From the NCBI GenBank assembly GCA_965204725.1, contig OZ242005.1, positions 5,120,001-5,184,000 on the forward strand: DNA of 64,000 bases, given 5' to 3'. Shown one piece after another: positions 1 through 9,914 of the stretch. Within the stretch, counting starts at the first letter, position 1. Every line of letters starts with the position of its first letter. The notes below the pieces were generated by a model that worked only from the letters and a program-made list of their open reading frames with translations, was not told where the DNA came from and made no database searches. The stretch is from Candidatus Latescibacterota bacterium. GTDB taxonomy: Bacteria; Latescibacterota; UBA2968; UBA8231. A program made the translations under genes and the position numbers.

Positions 1-162
1 ATCCACGAAGTGGTCGGGCGTCGCTTGGACATAGATCATCTGCCCCTCAGCGATGACAAGTCCCACGCCGGTATTCTCGGATATGCTTCGGAGGACTTGG
101 CGGTTGCCGTAGAGCTAGCAGCACTCGTCACATCCCAAGACGTACACCCCGCCATACCTTGA
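1..162 (+). CDS. 3' end of a hypothetical protein (partial at window edge)
   Basis: Frame 1 is open from base 1 to TGA at 160-162 (IHEVVGRRLDIDHLPLSDDKSHAGILG...VHPAIP*); convergent with the DUF3226-like gene. Confidence 0.5.
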   Translation: MHEVVGRRLDIDHLPLSDDKSHAGILGYASEDLAVAVELAALVTSQDVHPAIP

Positions 163-276
163 TCAATTTGGCCTCGTACCTGATAGGATGGCACTGCTCG
201 GGGCGGTCAAACAGCGCGGTCGCTGACCATTACTACGTCCGCTCCGTGTAGCCCGTTTTCGTGCGTCGAGCATCTT

Positions 277-882
277 TCACTCAAACAGTTGCTGTAGCCA
301 ATTAGCGAATGCTGTGCTGAGTGTTCCATCTACGTGCAAATCGTGTGCGCCAATGGCGGCACCCATTTGTCTAGGGTCTTCTCGCGTCGCCAGCCAAGCG
401 TGGATCTTGGCTCGCAGTATCTTCTTCTCGGCAAACTTTCGGTCGGCCCTTGGAATGCCGTCAATGTAGTTCTCGGATAGTGGCCATACTGGATCGTCGG
501 CGGGGATCATCTCTGAGACGAAATTTTCGAGTTCGCCGGGTGATGTGTTGTTGGGCATTAACCAGATGCCGACGCGGGGGGTGCTGTCTATAATGGTGCC
601 AGTGCGTTCAGGACTGTTGGGGACCTCGATATTCTCCGCTCGAAGCCTATTCGCCACAGCACTCCAGCGGGCGTCCAAATCGTCGTTTGCTTCCACGAGG
701 ATGCCGACGGCTTTGCGACCAGGAGCCATAATTTCCGAACCTATACCTTCGAGAAGCACTGTTATTCCATCTTTATCCTGAATGTAGAATTCTGGCATCG
801 CTTGATGGCGATTACAGAGTTGTAGAACAACATGCTTGTCGTCTGCCCCTTCAACGAGAAGAACGCGGTCATTATTATCCAT
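277..882 (-). CDS. DUF3226-family (TOPRIM-like) protein, partner of the upstream ATPase
   Basis: N-terminal LLVEGADD motif, GIWLMPNN..PGELENF and KAKIHAWLA-like motifs; lies directly downstream of an ABC-type ATPase; SD GAGGTGAGG. Confidence 0.75.
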   Translation of the reverse strand: MDNNDRVLLVEGADDKHVVLQLCNRHQAMPEFYIQDKDGITVLLEGIGSEIMAPGRKAVGILVEANDDLDARWSAVANRLRAENIEVPNSPERTGTIIDSTPRVGIWLMPNNTSPGELENFVSEMIPADDPVWPLSENYIDGIPRADRKFAEKKILRAKIHAWLATREDPRQMGAAIGAHDLHVDGTLSTAFANWLQQLFE

Positions 883-915
883 CTACTTACCTCACCTCAA
901 TATGTTTTTGAGAAA

Positions 916-2106
916 TTACCTTACTTCAATGTGTTGTTTGGCGGCGGCTTTGAGATTGCGCTCTGAATACTCGACCGCCCACATCTCCTCATCTTTCCGC
1001 TCAAGACGCACGAGTGCCCCTTCGACTTCCTCGCATTCGGCTGTTGCTTGTGCGAAGCCGCGTACACAGTCAAAGCTGTGCGTCGTCGCAATGACCTGTA
1101 CGTTGTTTGCGTGGGCGGTCTTAAAGACCATGCGCCAGAAATCGGGCTGGACGGAATGGTGAATGCCGTTTTCGACTTCGTCGATAAGTAGGAAGCCGTC
1201 CCGGCTATTGGCTAGTGCTAAGGCAGTGCCGGCTAGATGCAGTGCTCCGTCGCCTAAACTTTGCAAAGGGACGGGACGAGCTTGCCCACGGAGCTTTACG
1301 ACCACCCGCTGAATATATTCGACCTCAGGTTTCTTAGATGATACGTCTGATACGTCGGTGCGGATAACCGCCACGCGCTCTAAGTCGCTGCCGAGTATCA
1401 ATCTCATTGTCTGCATCGCTCGGTCCTCATCATCCGTCAACGCAATGGCATTCCAGAACCGTACGATTTCTTTATCGCTCAACAGGCCCGGCCCCAAAGG
1501 TTGACATCCTATTTGGGATGGCCATTCAGCTTCGAACAAGAAATTATATGAGTACAGATATACACTACCGCCATAACGCTCTACGGTTCTGGCCGCATCC
1601 GATCCTTGGATGGGAAGAACCCATGGAAGGATTTGTTCAGTGTCTTGAAATACGACTTTGAACGCCTGAGTATAGCCCCTCTGAACAGAGAAAGGTAGGA
1701 TTTGTTCGATGCTAGAAGCCTGCTCATCGTCTAGCGGAGTCTCCTCAATCCTGAGTTGTCCTATGTCGCTTTTTGGACCGATTGAGATGCGGGCACATCT
1801 CGACACATCTCGTCCGTGGAATAGGGCCGCAAAATCGGGTACAAATTTTCTGTTCACAGTGTGATTTTCAGTGGTAGCGATAGCGTACTCTTGGCGGCTT
1901 TCCAGTAGTTCGGACAGTACGGTATAGTGACCACGCGCCGCATAGACCCGGACGGCGTCTAAAACGGTCGTCTTGCCGACGCTGTTCTTGCCTGCCAGCA
2001 GCGTCACGCGGCCCAACCGCTCAATGGAAAGCTCATTGATTCCCCGAAACCCCGTTATCGACAGGCTCGGAAGATGTAAGTGGTTATCGCGTCGTTCTTG
2101 GGACAT
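916..2106 (-). CDS. AAA_15/AAA_21 (ABC-type, AbiEii-like) ATPase
   Basis: ITGFRGI, Walker A GKNSVGKT, signature SLGDG, Walker B LLIDEVENGIH, TTHS; SD-like GAAGGTG before ATG 2106; the frame stays open upstream to 2337. Confidence 0.85.
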   Translation of the reverse strand: MSQERRDNHLHLPSLSITGFRGINELSIERLGRVTLLAGKNSVGKTTVLDAVRVYAARGHYTVLSELLESRQEYAIATTENHTVNRKFVPDFAALFHGRDVSRCARISIGPKSDIGQLRIEETPLDDEQASSIEQILPFSVQRGYTQAFKVVFQDTEQILPWVLPIQGSDAARTVERYGGSVYLYSYNFLFEAEWPSQIGCQPLGPGLLSDKEIVRFWNAIALTDDEDRAMQTMRLILGSDLERVAVIRTDVSDVSSKKPEVEYIQRVVVKLRGQARPVPLQSLGDGALHLAGTALALANSRDGFLLIDEVENGIHHSVQPDFWRMVFKTAHANNVQVIATTHSFDCVRGFAQATAECEEVEGALVRLERKDEEMWAVEYSERNLKAAAKQHIEVR

Positions 2107-2313
2107 GGCGTTAGCACCTTCTTTTGAGGGCGAGAGTTTTGAACTGACGGAATGTGCTGCTGAATCTTGGTCGCTGTTTTGAGAGATCCACGCCTTGGCA
2201 GCCTCGCGTCGTTTTTCACGCGCCTTGGTTCCACGATTGATTTCGCTCGGACTTGGCGCACTTTCTTTTATGTACTTTTGATAGTCAAATTCTGTATCTT
2301 GTGTAGTATTCAT
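2107..2313 (-). pseudogene. Truncated BrnA-like antitoxin N-terminus, in frame with the downstream ATPase
   Basis: ATG 2313 (MNTTQDTEFDYQKY...) overlaps the brnT 3' end, the usual antitoxin position; no recognisable C-terminal RHH domain and no stop codon before the ATPase. Confidence 0.45.
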
Positions 2314-2569
2314 CGAGCCACCTTCCTTCTGCATCAAATGCGGTGATTAGACGATAGAGCGGCAAATCTTCTTCGGAGCAAACTATGGCTAATATCCGAC
2401 CACTGGCGGTTGCCCCTATCCGAATCCACCGATCTTCATGTCCTGCTGGGTCTGGGGATTCGTATCCGCTTGGATCATCAAATGCGGAGACGGCCTCGTA
2501 AAACTGGACTTGGTGCTTCTCTTTGACTTCTTGATATTTGTCTTCATCCCATATAAATCCGATATCCAT
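2285..2569 (-). CDS. brnT: BrnT-family (DUF497) ribonuclease toxin
   Basis: FIWDEDK...KH.V.F.EA..AF.DP...HEDRWIRIG...RLITA pattern typical of BrnT; SD GGAG. Confidence 0.85.
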   Translation of the reverse strand: MDIGFIWDEDKYQEVKEKHQVQFYEAVSAFDDPSGYESPDPAGHEDRWIRIGATASGRILAIVCSEEDLPLYRLITAFDAEGRWLDEYYTRYRI

Positions 2570-2705
2570 GCTACGGACTCCATGTAGTATGTGTACTTAC
2601 AGGCGTTGTTGCAGGAAATCCGTGTTCGCTTACCGATGCCTACTCGTCCCAAAAGCCTGTCTCGCTTAACGTCTCGTATCGCCCAAACTCTGTCAAGAGA
2701 CGCAT

Positions 2706-5700
2706 CTACACCGCGACCCTCGTCTCCGTATCCCCCGCTGTTAGCGCATTCATATACGCCAGCGTCATATCGCGGGTGCGGTATGTTCCGAAGGCGGCTT
2801 CGTCGTTGCGGCGGACGATGGGGAAGGTGTTGAGGATGTATTGGGCGTCGTCGCGCGACAGGCAGTAGAGGTGGAAGTAGAGGGCGTCGAGGCGGGCGCG
2901 TAGGTGGCGGCGTTCCTCTTCATCCCATGAGAAGGGCGGGCTGTCGTAGCCGAGGTCGCGGGCGAAAGGGGCCATGTCGTGGGCAGTGTACGTGAGGCGG
3001 AGGACGTGGTCGCGGATCAGGTCTCGGGCGGTTTTGTTGCCGAATTTTTGGTCGTATGCGTCGAGGGCGATGACGGGGAGTTGCTCGACGATGTACCAAT
3101 TCAGATGAGTGCCTTGAGCCTTCTGTCTCGCAACAAAGTCCACACATATAGCATTCAGGTTTGCCATGAGATACGCGGTGGCCATGGGGTCGGCACTGAG
3201 GAGTAGAGGCACCGTGTTTCCACAACCCGCCCATGGGACGATGGAAGCAATTACTGTTCTCTCATTTGTAGGATTGGTGATGTCGCGGAAACCCAATGCG
3301 TACCCGCGACTTTGGGGCAAAGCCGCCTCTACGTTGTGAGCCGGCACCCAATACTGTGTTTGGGGTAGGAAACTAGGGTCTGCGTGTTGCGCTTGGGTTA
3401 CTTCCTCGCTGAGATACGGGTTGTGTGTGCTCTCCGGGTTGACGCGAACCGAGTTGGCGCGGTGGTCAAAATGCCAGATCATCCGGCCCTGATACAGCGG
3501 CAAATACAGCTCCTGACCTTTCTTCCAGCGATTGCCCTCAACGGGATAGAAACCTTCTGCATTGAGTTGTTCCGCTGTCCTGAAGAGATGAGAGTCGTTG
3601 GCCATGTGAAACATCGTAGCGTACCGCACCGGCCACACGCGCTTTTCTTCGCCATCCGAACGATCCACTAGCACGGGATGCTGCTCGTAGATGCGGCGTG
3701 TGATCTCCGCGTCCCTCCGGCGGCGGAACACGGGCGCGGTGCCGGTATTCGGATTCACGCGGGCGAAGTCGTCCGGCGTCAGCGGGAAGCAGCGGTCTTT
3801 GTCATGGATCGTTTTCGTGTCGCGGAGGAAGAAGGCGCATTCAGTTTGGTCGAATCGGCGCTCTTCGCCGCCCAAGATGAGAGCGCAGAATTTGAAGGAT
3901 GCGTGAACATCCTTGAAGAAAATTTTCTTGTTCTCAAAATCGAACACGCCGCCCACCCGCCCTGTGGTTGAAACCGACTTAAAAAACCGGGCCGCAGTCT
4001 TGTCGGCGTAAATGCCCGACGGCGTCAACAAGCCGACAAAGCCATCCGGCTTCACCAAGCGTAGCGTCCGCTCGACGAACAGCGAATAGAGATTGATGTC
4101 GCCGCCACCCAACAGTGGGTAGTAGCCGGAGGTACGAACCACATGACCGAGCTTGTCGGAGTGTTCCTTGGCCGCGTCGAACTCAATGGCCAGTGGGTCG
4201 TCCTGTCGGCGGAGTTTCTGGATGGCCGTGCGTCGTATCGCTGCCGTCGGAGCACGGGCCAGTTCCGGGGCGCGACTGGCAAACCACTCAACCTCTTGCA
4301 ACTTGATGCGATCCCACGGCGGATTGCCGATGATGGCGTCGAAGCCGCCCTCTGGACACTTCGCTTGCCAGTGCTGCCACACGCCGGGGAACGCCACCTC
4401 CCAGTGCAAAAAGTGCTCGCGTTGAGCCGTAGCGCAGGCCTCATGCCATAACTCGGCGAAACCCAACCATGCCGCGTCGCTGGTGTCGGGCAAAAGCTCG
4501 TCTATGCGCTCCGGCCCCCGGGCGAGCAGGGTGTACGCACTGGCCTGCTGGCGGCCGAGGGTGGTAACCAGCGGCCCTTCCAAAGAAGCGAGGTTTTTCT
4601 TCGTCAGGCCAGCCGTTACCCAGCGCAAGCCGCATAGGAAATCCAGCAAGCCGCGCAGGTCGGCTGTCGTCGCCTCCACATGGCCGAACAGTGACGTGGA
4701 CTCGCGCACCTCGGCCACGTCGGTGTCGGACATTTCCTCAATGCGCTGCATTCCTCCGGTGGCGGCTTCGGCTCCGGCAATGGCACTGGTAGCGAACAAG
4801 CCGCCGAGCCGGTTCAACTCGTCCAGAGCGTCGGCAACGCGCAGGCCGATGAGTGAGTCGCCGCAACGCAGGTGGTGGTCGAGGAAAGACAGCGGTGCGC
4901 CTACGGTGAAGCTGTGTAGCCATAGCGACACTTTCGCCAATTCGACGGTGAGCGGGTTCTTATCGACACCATAGATGCAGCGTTTGAGGACCATGCGGCG
5001 GATAATGGCTTGGTCGGTGAGTTGAACCTCATCGAGAATCCAGTTGGACGCCTTGGCTTGTTGGAGGATGGCCTCGCGGGTCGCCGCCACCCGCTTGACT
5101 AACGGCGACACGTATTTGCCATCAAGCCAGTCAGGAATCGCTGGGACGCGCTCGACCAAGGCGGCGATGGCGTCGGCGAGGAAATCTACAGCGGTAACGA
5201 GGAAGTGGCCGCTGCCCATCGCAGGGTCCACGACCTTGAGGTGCAAAACCGCCTCGGCCGGATCGAGGGCTTCTAGCTCGGCCTTCCGCCTGTTCTTGGG
5301 ATGGCGAGTATCCTTGAGTTCGGCCGCCCTTGCTGCAAAGGCGGAGAACCGCTCGTCAATGAGGGGCTTGAGCGTCCGCTCCACGACCAGATCGACGAGG
5401 GCTTGCGGCGTGTAAAAACTGCCGCTGTCCTTACGGGCATAAGGGTTGGGGCGGATGACGATTTTGCCGCCGTTGTCGCGGACAGGTTCGCGTTCGAGGA
5501 GTTGTTCGTAAATGGATCCGAGTTGTTGTACGGACATGTCGCGGTAGTTGACAAAGCGAGACGTACCAGTGGTGTCGGTGTGGCTCATGTCGTAGATGAT
5601 CGGCGCGATGGCGGCGTCGGCGAGGCGAGTGGTTTCCAACAGCGGCGCGGCATCCGGTGCGAACAGGCCGCCGTTGTAGGGAGGCAGGCCAATGGCTTGG

Positions 5701-6716
5701 TCTCCTTGGTCGATGAGCCGGAACAGGTTAGCAAGGTGGTCGTAGTAGTTGGTCGCCAGCGTGGAGAACGGGTCGCGCTGGTTCATCCTCGCGGCAATGT
5801 CGTCTCGCACTCGTTTCCGCAAACCATAGTCGTCGTAGCGCGCATCGTGGACTGGCAGCAGCCCCCGGTCCTCGGCGTAGAGCACAAACAGCAAGCGGTA
5901 GAGGAAGATTAGCGCCGCATCCCGGCTCTCGGCGAGGCTTTGACCCGACGCCTCGGCCAGCGCATCGACGAGGCGGGGAAACACGCGCTCAAACACCACC
6001 CCGGAAAGGTCTTGCGCGACCTGTTCCTCATAGCGGCGTCCCTCGGCCAGTGCCGCTTCAAGGAACGTGACCGTGGACCCGTGCCGGAGAATGAAAGACT
6101 CGCGGCGGAACAGCAGGTGAAAGACGCGGAGATCGTCTTCGCGGTCGGGCGCGAGCAGGTCGCCCAAGTCGGCTTCAAAGTAGCCGCTGGCTCGCGGCCG
6201 GGCGCGGTAATCGTAGAGCCGCCAGACCCGGCCGTTGGTCAAGATGCCCCAGCGAATGCGCCCCTCCGACTCAATCTCAGCCGTCGCTAAGTATCGGAGA
6301 ATTTGGCCGTGCGGCGTTCCGCTCCGCTCCCGGCCGTCAAGGGAAAGCCCAAAGCGTTTGCTCTCTTCAACGACGGTGGCGTGACGAAGGCGATCGCCGG
6401 CATTGCGCTCGGCAGCGGCTTGCTGCTTGGCAGCGGCGTCGGCGAAAAGCAGATGGTCGGGAATGTCCTCGTTGTGCGCGACGCCCTGCTGCGGCAAATA
6501 ATCCGCCCATCCGAGCAACGCCAAAACCGGACGGATTAGGTCCTGCTCAGTGGCCGCTTCGTTAGGCTCTTGGGAACGGCTGAGAGCGTCGTACCGCTGT
6601 TGAACGCCACCCCTAAACGCAGCAAACGCCTCCGGCTGGGAGCAAGACGCTTGCCACTCCGCCGTGGCCTTTATGCCGTCAGTGAGAAAGTAATGGGTGA
6701 ACAATTGGCCGGGCAT
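2706..6716 (-). CDS. Type IIG (Eco57I-like) fused restriction endonuclease / N6-adenine methyltransferase
   Basis: N-terminal PD...E.K nuclease region and ILTNGRVWRLY; YNGGLF, RKDSGSFYTP, motif I DPAMGSGHF, motif IV GNPPW; C-terminal TRD-like region. Confidence 0.88.
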   Translation of the reverse strand: MPGQLFTHYFLTDGIKATAEWQASCSQPEAFAAFRGGVQQRYDALSRSQEPNEAATEQDLIRPVLALLGWADYLPQQGVAHNEDIPDHLLFADAAAKQQAAAERNAGDRLRHATVVEESKRFGLSLDGRERSGTPHGQILRYLATAEIESEGRIRWGILTNGRVWRLYDYRARPRASGYFEADLGDLLAPDREDDLRVFHLLFRRESFILRHGSTVTFLEAALAEGRRYEEQVAQDLSGVVFERVFPRLVDALAEASGQSLAESRDAALIFLYRLLFVLYAEDRGLLPVHDARYDDYGLRKRVRDDIAARMNQRDPFSTLATNYYDHLANLFRLIDQGDQAIGLPPYNGGLFAPDAAPLLETTRLADAAIAPIIYDMSHTDTTGTSRFVNYRDMSVQQLGSIYEQLLEREPVRDNGGKIVIRPNPYARKDSGSFYTPQALVDLVVERTLKPLIDERFSAFAARAAELKDTRHPKNRRKAELEALDPAEAVLHLKVVDPAMGSGHFLVTAVDFLADAIAALVERVPAIPDWLDGKYVSPLVKRVAATREAILQQAKASNWILDEVQLTDQAIIRRMVLKRCIYGVDKNPLTVELAKVSLWLHSFTVGAPLSFLDHHLRCGDSLIGLRVADALDELNRLGGLFATSAIAGAEAATGGMQRIEEMSDTDVAEVRESTSLFGHVEATTADLRGLLDFLCGLRWVTAGLTKKNLASLEGPLVTTLGRQQASAYTLLARGPERIDELLPDTSDAAWLGFAELWHEACATAQREHFLHWEVAFPGVWQHWQAKCPEGGFDAIIGNPPWDRIKLQEVEWFASRAPELARAPTAAIRRTAIQKLRRQDDPLAIEFDAAKEHSDKLGHVVRTSGYYPLLGGGDINLYSLFVERTLRLVKPDGFVGLLTPSGIYADKTAARFFKSVSTTGRVGGVFDFENKKIFFKDVHASFKFCALILGGEERRFDQTECAFFLRDTKTIHDKDRCFPLTPDDFARVNPNTGTAPVFRRRRDAEITRRIYEQHPVLVDRSDGEEKRVWPVRYATMFHMANDSHLFRTAEQLNAEGFYPVEGNRWKKGQELYLPLYQGRMIWHFDHRANSVRVNPESTHNPYLSEEVTQAQHADPSFLPQTQYWVPAHNVEAALPQSRGYALGFRDITNPTNERTVIASIVPWAGCGNTVPLLLSADPMATAYLMANLNAICVDFVARQKAQGTHLNWYIVEQLPVIALDAYDQKFGNKTARDLIRDHVLRLTYTAHDMAPFARDLGYDSPPFSWDEEERRHLRARLDALYFHLYCLSRDDAQYILNTFPIVRRNDEAAFGTYRTRDMTLAYMNALTAGDTETRVAV

Positions 6717-6740
6717 ATCCAATCCTCTTAGCTGAACTCC

Positions 6741-7529
6741 TTATTCCTCAACCTCGGCCCACGCGCCCTTGGCCATCAGCCCGCCGTCAACACAGACGTT
6801 CTCGCCGGTCATAAACGATGCCTTGTCGCTGGCTAAGAACAGCATGGCGTTGGCGATGTCCGCTGGCTGGCCGTAGCGGCCGAGCGGATGGATTTTGGCG
6901 TAGTCCTTGAAGAATTGCTCGCGCTCGTGGCCGAATGCCTCGATAACCTCATCGACTAACGGCGTCTGGATGCCCCCCGGATTGACCGCTAAAACCCGAA
7001 TTCCGTGCTGGGCGTAGTCGAGCGCGAGTTGCCGAGTCAGGGAGATGATCCCGCCCTTGCTGGCAGCATAAGCCGAAACCATCGAAGCCGACTGCAACCC
7101 TTGGACGCTGGCCGTGTTGATGATGACGCCCTTGCGCTGCTCCATCATCTGCGGCAGGCAGTGCCGCGCCATCAGGAAAAAGCTCTTCAGGTTGACGTCG
7201 ATGATCCGGTCCCACATTTCCACCGGCAACTCGTGGGCCGGCAAATAGCTGGGCACGGGCTGGATGCCGACGTTGTTGCACAACACGTCAATGCGGCCCC
7301 ACTCGTCGAGAATCTGTCCCACGGTCTGGGCGCAAACCTCGTCGTTGGCTACGTCGGCCGCAAAAAAGCGGATTAGGCCCTCTTCTTTGGCCAACGCCGC
7401 GCCCGCCTCCGCGTCTATGTCCAACGCTGCGACCTTGGCCCCCTCGCCGGCGAACGCCCGCGAAATCCCCGCGCCAATGCCCTTGGCGCCGCCGGTTACG
7501 ATTACTACTTGGCCCGTAAAATCAGCCAT
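6741..7529 (-). CDS. SDR family NAD(P)-dependent oxidoreductase
   Basis: TGGAKGIG, NNVG, YAASKGG, NPGGIQT, VDGG. Confidence 0.93.
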   Translation of the reverse strand: MADFTGQVVIVTGGAKGIGAGISRAFAGEGAKVAALDIDAEAGAALAKEEGLIRFFAADVANDEVCAQTVGQILDEWGRIDVLCNNVGIQPVPSYLPAHELPVEMWDRIIDVNLKSFFLMARHCLPQMMEQRKGVIINTASVQGLQSASMVSAYAASKGGIISLTRQLALDYAQHGIRVLAVNPGGIQTPLVDEVIEAFGHEREQFFKDYAKIHPLGRYGQPADIANAMLFLASDKASFMTGENVCVDGGLMAKGAWAEVEE

Positions 7530-7547
7530 GACAATCTCCTTTGTGGT

Positions 7548-8600
7548 TTAATGAAATTTCTTCAATTTACAACAAAACGCCCGTTGCCCCAGCACCTCAA
7601 CCGGGAACACGCGCTCCATGTACAGCGCCGGCCACGCGCCGAATGCGTCGGCCAGCAGTGTGCGCTCGCTGGTCAGGCATACGGCCACGCCACCGGCCTT
7701 TAGCACTCTGGCCACCTCACGGGCAAACCCCTCGTAGAGCGACCGCAGTGCTTGCGGCTCGCCGATTTTTTTGCCAAAAGGCAAGTTGCACACCACCCGA
7801 TCGACGCTGCCGTCGCCCAAGGGCAAATCCCGCGCATCCCATTGGCGGATGGCGATCGGCTTATAGCGCGGGCCGATGTTGGTACGAGCGGCAGCCACAG
7901 CGGCCGGGGACATGTCGCCGCCCAAGAGCTGGGCATAGCGACCGCATAGCCCTCGCTCGATGAGGATGGTCCCAGCCCCGCACATCGGATCGACGAAGAC
8001 GTCGCTGTCGGCTGGCTCGGATAGCATTACCAAGGCCCGCGCCACGGTCGGTCGCAACGAAGCCTCCACTTGCGCGACCTTGTAGGTGCGGTGGCGCATG
8101 GTCTCGTCGGAAAGGCGCACCCCGCACAGCAGCTCGCCGGCGACCTCCAAGCCCCACACCTCCAACAGGGCGTGCTCGGCCTTGTACTTCCAGCGCGGGA
8201 AACGCCACGCTACGGCTTGCTGCAAGGCGCGGCGCATCTCTTGGCGCGCATAGCGCTGCTGTCCGCCGCGACGCTGGGCCACTATTCGGTAGGTGATGCG
8301 CTTGATTCGCTTGGGGCGAGCGCGGCGGTGCGCCCCCACGGCCTCGGCAAAAAGCGGAGACTCAGCGACGAGTGCGCCGGCTTGGGCCAAGCCCTCGCGC
8401 GCCGCGCCCACCGGGCCGCGCACGACCAGCGCGAATATATCTTCGGTCGTTCCCAAGGAGAGCAGGGCCGGCGGCGGAGCATCCGTCGCAAAGAATACCA
8501 CGCCGCGCTGCTGGCCCTGCCGCTGGCCCCCCACGCACGCCGCGATTTCTCGTTGGGCGATCTGCTCTAGCCCAGGGGCGACGAATGCGTAGAATTGCAC
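7548..8600 (-). CDS. THUMP-domain class I SAM-dependent RNA methyltransferase (Trm14/RlmL-like)
   Basis: PGLEQIA N-terminus, ASLRPTVA, DPMCGAGTI, NLPFG. Confidence 0.85.
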   Translation of the reverse strand: MQFYAFVAPGLEQIAQREIAACVGGQRQGQQRGVVFFATDAPPPALLSLGTTEDIFALVVRGPVGAAREGLAQAGALVAESPLFAEAVGAHRRARPKRIKRITYRIVAQRRGGQQRYARQEMRRALQQAVAWRFPRWKYKAEHALLEVWGLEVAGELLCGVRLSDETMRHRTYKVAQVEASLRPTVARALVMLSEPADSDVFVDPMCGAGTILIERGLCGRYAQLLGGDMSPAAVAAARTNIGPRYKPIAIRQWDARDLPLGDGSVDRVVCNLPFGKKIGEPQALRSLYEGFAREVARVLKAGGVAVCLTSERTLLADAFGAWPALYMERVFPVEVLGQRAFCCKLKKFH

Positions 8601-8604
8601 GGCC

Positions 8605-9366
8605 CTATTCGTAGAGGTCGTTTAGATCGGCCGCGGCGAGCTCGACCAAAAACTCGGCGAGCTGCGCTGCCACTTGCTCCAAGCAGCGGCGGCCCTTTTC
8701 CGGGGTGGCTTGGCGCGGGTCGCCAATGCCTGTGTCGTCGGTCGCCTGCGTCCAGTCGCGCTGGGTCCAGACCCAGCCTTCCCGCAGCGCGGCCATCTTA
8801 AACTTGTGCTCGCGGCCGCTACCCGCCTCCGACAGGGGCCGCACCCAATCCGGCCGCAAGTACTGCATGAGGCTGGTTTCCATTTCGTTGGCGTGGTCGC
8901 CGCCGGCCGCGAAAAGCCCGGTATCGACGATGCGATACCAATCCATGCAGCAAATAAAAATCGCATGGCGCGGCAAAAGCTCCCGCACCATCTGCTTGAA
9001 GTCGTTGCCACCGTGGCCGTTTACAATGAGCAGTTTGGGGATGCCCTGATGGGCGAGGGCCTCGACCAAGTCGCGCAGGACCGCGAGTTGGGTCGAGGGA
9101 TTGATATTGAGGTCCAGCTTGATGTCGAGTTGGCCGGTGTTGACCCCAAAGGGCACGGTCGGCAAGACGATGACCTGAGCGGCTTGCTCCCAAGCGATGC
9201 CGGCCGCGGCCGCCGCGATTTCGTCGCACTGAACCACGTCGGTCGAATAGGGCAGGTGGTAATTGTGGGCTTCCGTAGCCCCCCACGGCAGGATCGCCAC
9301 CTCATACGGGGTTTGCGCTACGGTCTGCCAATTGGTCTCGGCGAGGATGTAGGGTCGGCCGGGCAT
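8605..9366 (-). CDS. Creatininase family protein
   Basis: LPWGATEAHNYHLP..TD, NGHGGN, HANEMETS, G.GDP..AT.EKG; start taken at MPGRPY. Confidence 0.88.
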   Translation of the reverse strand: MPGRPYILAETNWQTVAQTPYEVAILPWGATEAHNYHLPYSTDVVQCDEIAAAAAGIAWEQAAQVIVLPTVPFGVNTGQLDIKLDLNINPSTQLAVLRDLVEALAHQGIPKLLIVNGHGGNDFKQMVRELLPRHAIFICCMDWYRIVDTGLFAAGGDHANEMETSLMQYLRPDWVRPLSEAGSGREHKFKMAALREGWVWTQRDWTQATDDTGIGDPRQATPEKGRRCLEQVAAQLAEFLVELAAADLNDLYE

Positions 9367-9914
9367 TATAATAGTACCGCTCGGTGCAGGGGCCGGTACA
9401 CCGCTCCGCTCGGCTTGAGGATGCTTTCGATCAGTTCCATCGCCTCCACCGGAACCTGCAATCGCGGCAGGTCGCCGCTCCCCTTGCCGCTGGGCGGGCG
9501 CACCCCGGCCCGCACCCGACCGAGCGTCACGTGCGGGCGGAAGTCCCGTTCCTCCCGCGCCCAACCCGCAGCGTACACCACCGCTTCAACATCCCGTTGC
9601 AACGCCCCCAACCGTCCGTCCGCGTCGGCCACGCCGGCCCAAACGACCTTGGGCTGGCGGCGATTGGGAAAGCAGCCGCTCTGCCCAACCGACGTGACAA
9701 ACCCTGTGTGCCGGGCGGCAACCGCGGTCAGCCCCTGCCTCAGCGCGGCGATTTGTGCGTCCTCAGCCGCGCCGAGAAAGCGCAGCGTCAGATGGAGGTT
9801 TTCCGGCCGCACCCAAGCCACGCTCTGTGCCGGCCACAACGGCCGCAGCGCGTCGCTCAGCTTCCCTAGCACGGCCGGCAGCCGGATGGCGACAAAGGCG
9901 CGTTTAACGGGCAC
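9366..9914 (-). CDS. thpR: RNA 2',3'-cyclic phosphodiesterase (2H phosphoesterase)
   Basis: RAFVAI, HLTLRFLG and PHVTLGR (two HxT motifs), SILKPSGAVY. Confidence 0.9.
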   Translation of the reverse strand: MPVKRAFVAIRLPAVLGKLSDALRPLWPAQSVAWVRPENLHLTLRFLGAAEDAQIAALRQGLTAVAARHTGFVTSVGQSGCFPNRRQPKVVWAGVADADGRLGALQRDVEAVVYAAGWAREERDFRPHVTLGRVRAGVRPPSGKGSGDLPRLQVPVEAMELIESILKPSGAVYRPLHRAVLL

